IMG/VR virus record: IMGVR_UViG_3300045257_000113
Span: 1-52,349 of that record
Reading direction: 5' to 3' (one strand)
DNA: 52,349 bases
DNA from: a virus
Taxonomy: Duplodnaviria > Caudoviricetes
Position 1 is the first letter of the stretch; each line of letters starts with the position of its first letter. Below the pieces are notes generated by a model. The model ran no database searches. It was given only the letters and a program-made list of their open reading frames with translations, and was not told the DNA's origin. A program made the translations under genes and the position numbers. Of this stretch, positions 51,323-52,349 are shown in pieces.

Positions 51323-52349
51323 ATGGCCGTCATACAAGCCGAAAATGTCGTAGACTTCGTAAACGACACAATCAAGGATCTGGGCAAGCCCCACTTCACG
51401 GATATTTCGAGTCCCCTTCAGCGCCATACGGCGATGAAGAACCTCCTGCGCAAGAACCGAGCCGAATTGGAATCCGGCCAGGGCATCCAGTTCAACGTCT
51501 TGGTCTCGCAGTCTAACGCCTTCCGCAACGTGGCGCTCGCCGAGAGCGATAACGTCAACCAGGTTGACGGCATGGTGCAGGCTTCCACGGTCTGGCGCAA
51601 CTCGCAGACTTCGTACATGATTATCGGCCAGTTGATGGCCATGAACCGCGAGCCGGCCCGCATCGTGGATTTCGTCAAGCAGCAGCGCCTCATGGCGCTT
51701 ATCAGCTTGGCGGACGGCATGGAGCAGAACTTCTGGGCGGCGCCCTCCTCGACCGACGCCAAGACGCCGCTGGGCGTGCCGTACTGGATCTCGAAGAACG
51801 CCACGAAGGGCTTCAACGGTGGACCCATCGGTGCTTACACGACCAAGGCTGGCCTACCGAATACGACCTACCCGATGTGGGCAAACTGGACGTTTCCGTA
51901 CACGACGGTCTCGCGCGACGACTTCATTCGCGGTGCCAGGGAAGCGGCCACGAAGACGGACTTCCTGCCCCCGGTTGATGGCATCCCGACCCCGAACACG
52001 GGTGACGAGTACGGCTTCTACTCGAACTATGCGGTGATCCAGCCGCTTGAAGAAGCACTCGAAAGCCAGAATGACAACCTTGGCCCGGACATAGCTTCGC
52101 AGGACGGCAAGACGTTGTTCCGCAGAGTGCCTGTGACATGGGTGCCGTGGCTGGAGAGGGATACGACCAATCCGTTCTATGGTATCAATTGGGGATGGTT
52201 TAAGACGTACATTCTGCGAGGGTGGTGGCTCAAGGAAACGAACATTCCTTACACCCCAGGCCAGCATACGGTGGCGTCTCATTTTCTAGATTTGACCTAC
52301 AACTTCGTCTCCAAGAACCTCAGATGCCACTTTTGCGGTTCCAACGGCA
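51323..52349 (+). CDS. Major capsid protein, 3'-truncated (absent from the ORF track because it has no stop)
   Basis: 342 open codons, MAVIQAENVVDFVNDTIKDLGKPHFTDISSPLQRH...NPFYGINWGWF...LRCHFCGSNG; follows the scaffold gene; size fits an HK97-fold capsid. Confidence 0.85.
   Translation, partial: MAVIQAENVVDFVNDTIKDLGKPHFTDISSPLQRHTAMKNLLRKNRAELESGQGIQFNVLVSQSNAFRNVALAESDNVNQVDGMVQASTVWRNSQTSYMIIGQLMAMNREPARIVDFVKQQRLMALISLADGMEQNFWAAPSSTDAKTPLGVPYWISKNATKGFNGGPIGAYTTKAGLPNTTYPMWANWTFPYTTVSRDDFIRGAREAATKTDFLPPVDGIPTPNTGDEYGFYSNYAVIQPLEEALESQNDNLGPDIASQDGKTLFRRVPVTWVPWLERDTTNPFYGINWGWFKTYILRGWWLKETNIPYTPGQHTVASHFLDLTYNFVSKNLRCHFCGSNG

Larger units (their letters stand above)
1..52349. mobile_element. 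Near-complete tailed bacteriophage genome (Caudoviricetes, podovirus-like), circularly permuted
   Basis: Terminase-portal-scaffold-capsid order at the right end continues into head/tail genes at the left end; the early recombination/replication arm is on the - strand; no host housekeeping genes. Confidence 0.95.

Overview
The window is a near-complete, circularly permuted ~52 kb dsDNA tailed-phage genome. It is probably podovirus-like: it has a tail nozzle and ejection proteins, and no tape measure, sheath or tube gene was recognised. It is cut inside the major capsid gene at the right edge and inside the next gene at the left edge. The + strand carries the late operon: from ~43.7 kb an RHH regulator, terminase, portal, scaffold and capsid; then from 1 to ~29.8 kb virion, tail and ejection proteins, a sulfotransferase, membrane proteins and a secreted papain-family protease. 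The - strand (43.3 to 29.9 kb) carries early/middle genes: an ERF single-strand annealing protein with a YqaJ exonuclease, a Toprim/primase-like protein, an HNH nuclease, a RusA-like resolvase, a PAPS-reductase-like enzyme and many small hypotheticals. No integrase, CI-like repressor, DNA polymerase or canonical endolysin was recognised. A Planctomycetota host is a weak inference. The most striking unexplained signals are five. (1) Many intergenic gaps hold hand-folded structured RNAs, including three tRNA-like cloverleaves with destroyed or expanded anticodon loops and a ~400-nt multi-stem region. (2) A 1654-aa ejection protein carries an Hsp70-recruiting J-domain, zincin-like domains and a sigma-region-4-like HTH. 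(3) Single-gene cassettes are flanked by short direct repeats at gene boundaries. (4) There are two zf-HC2 anti-sigma-like proteins. (5) Small ORFs missed by the ORF track include a metallothionein-like peptide and an ORF interrupted by an in-frame TGA. All calls come from reading motifs by eye; no searches or folding programs were run.
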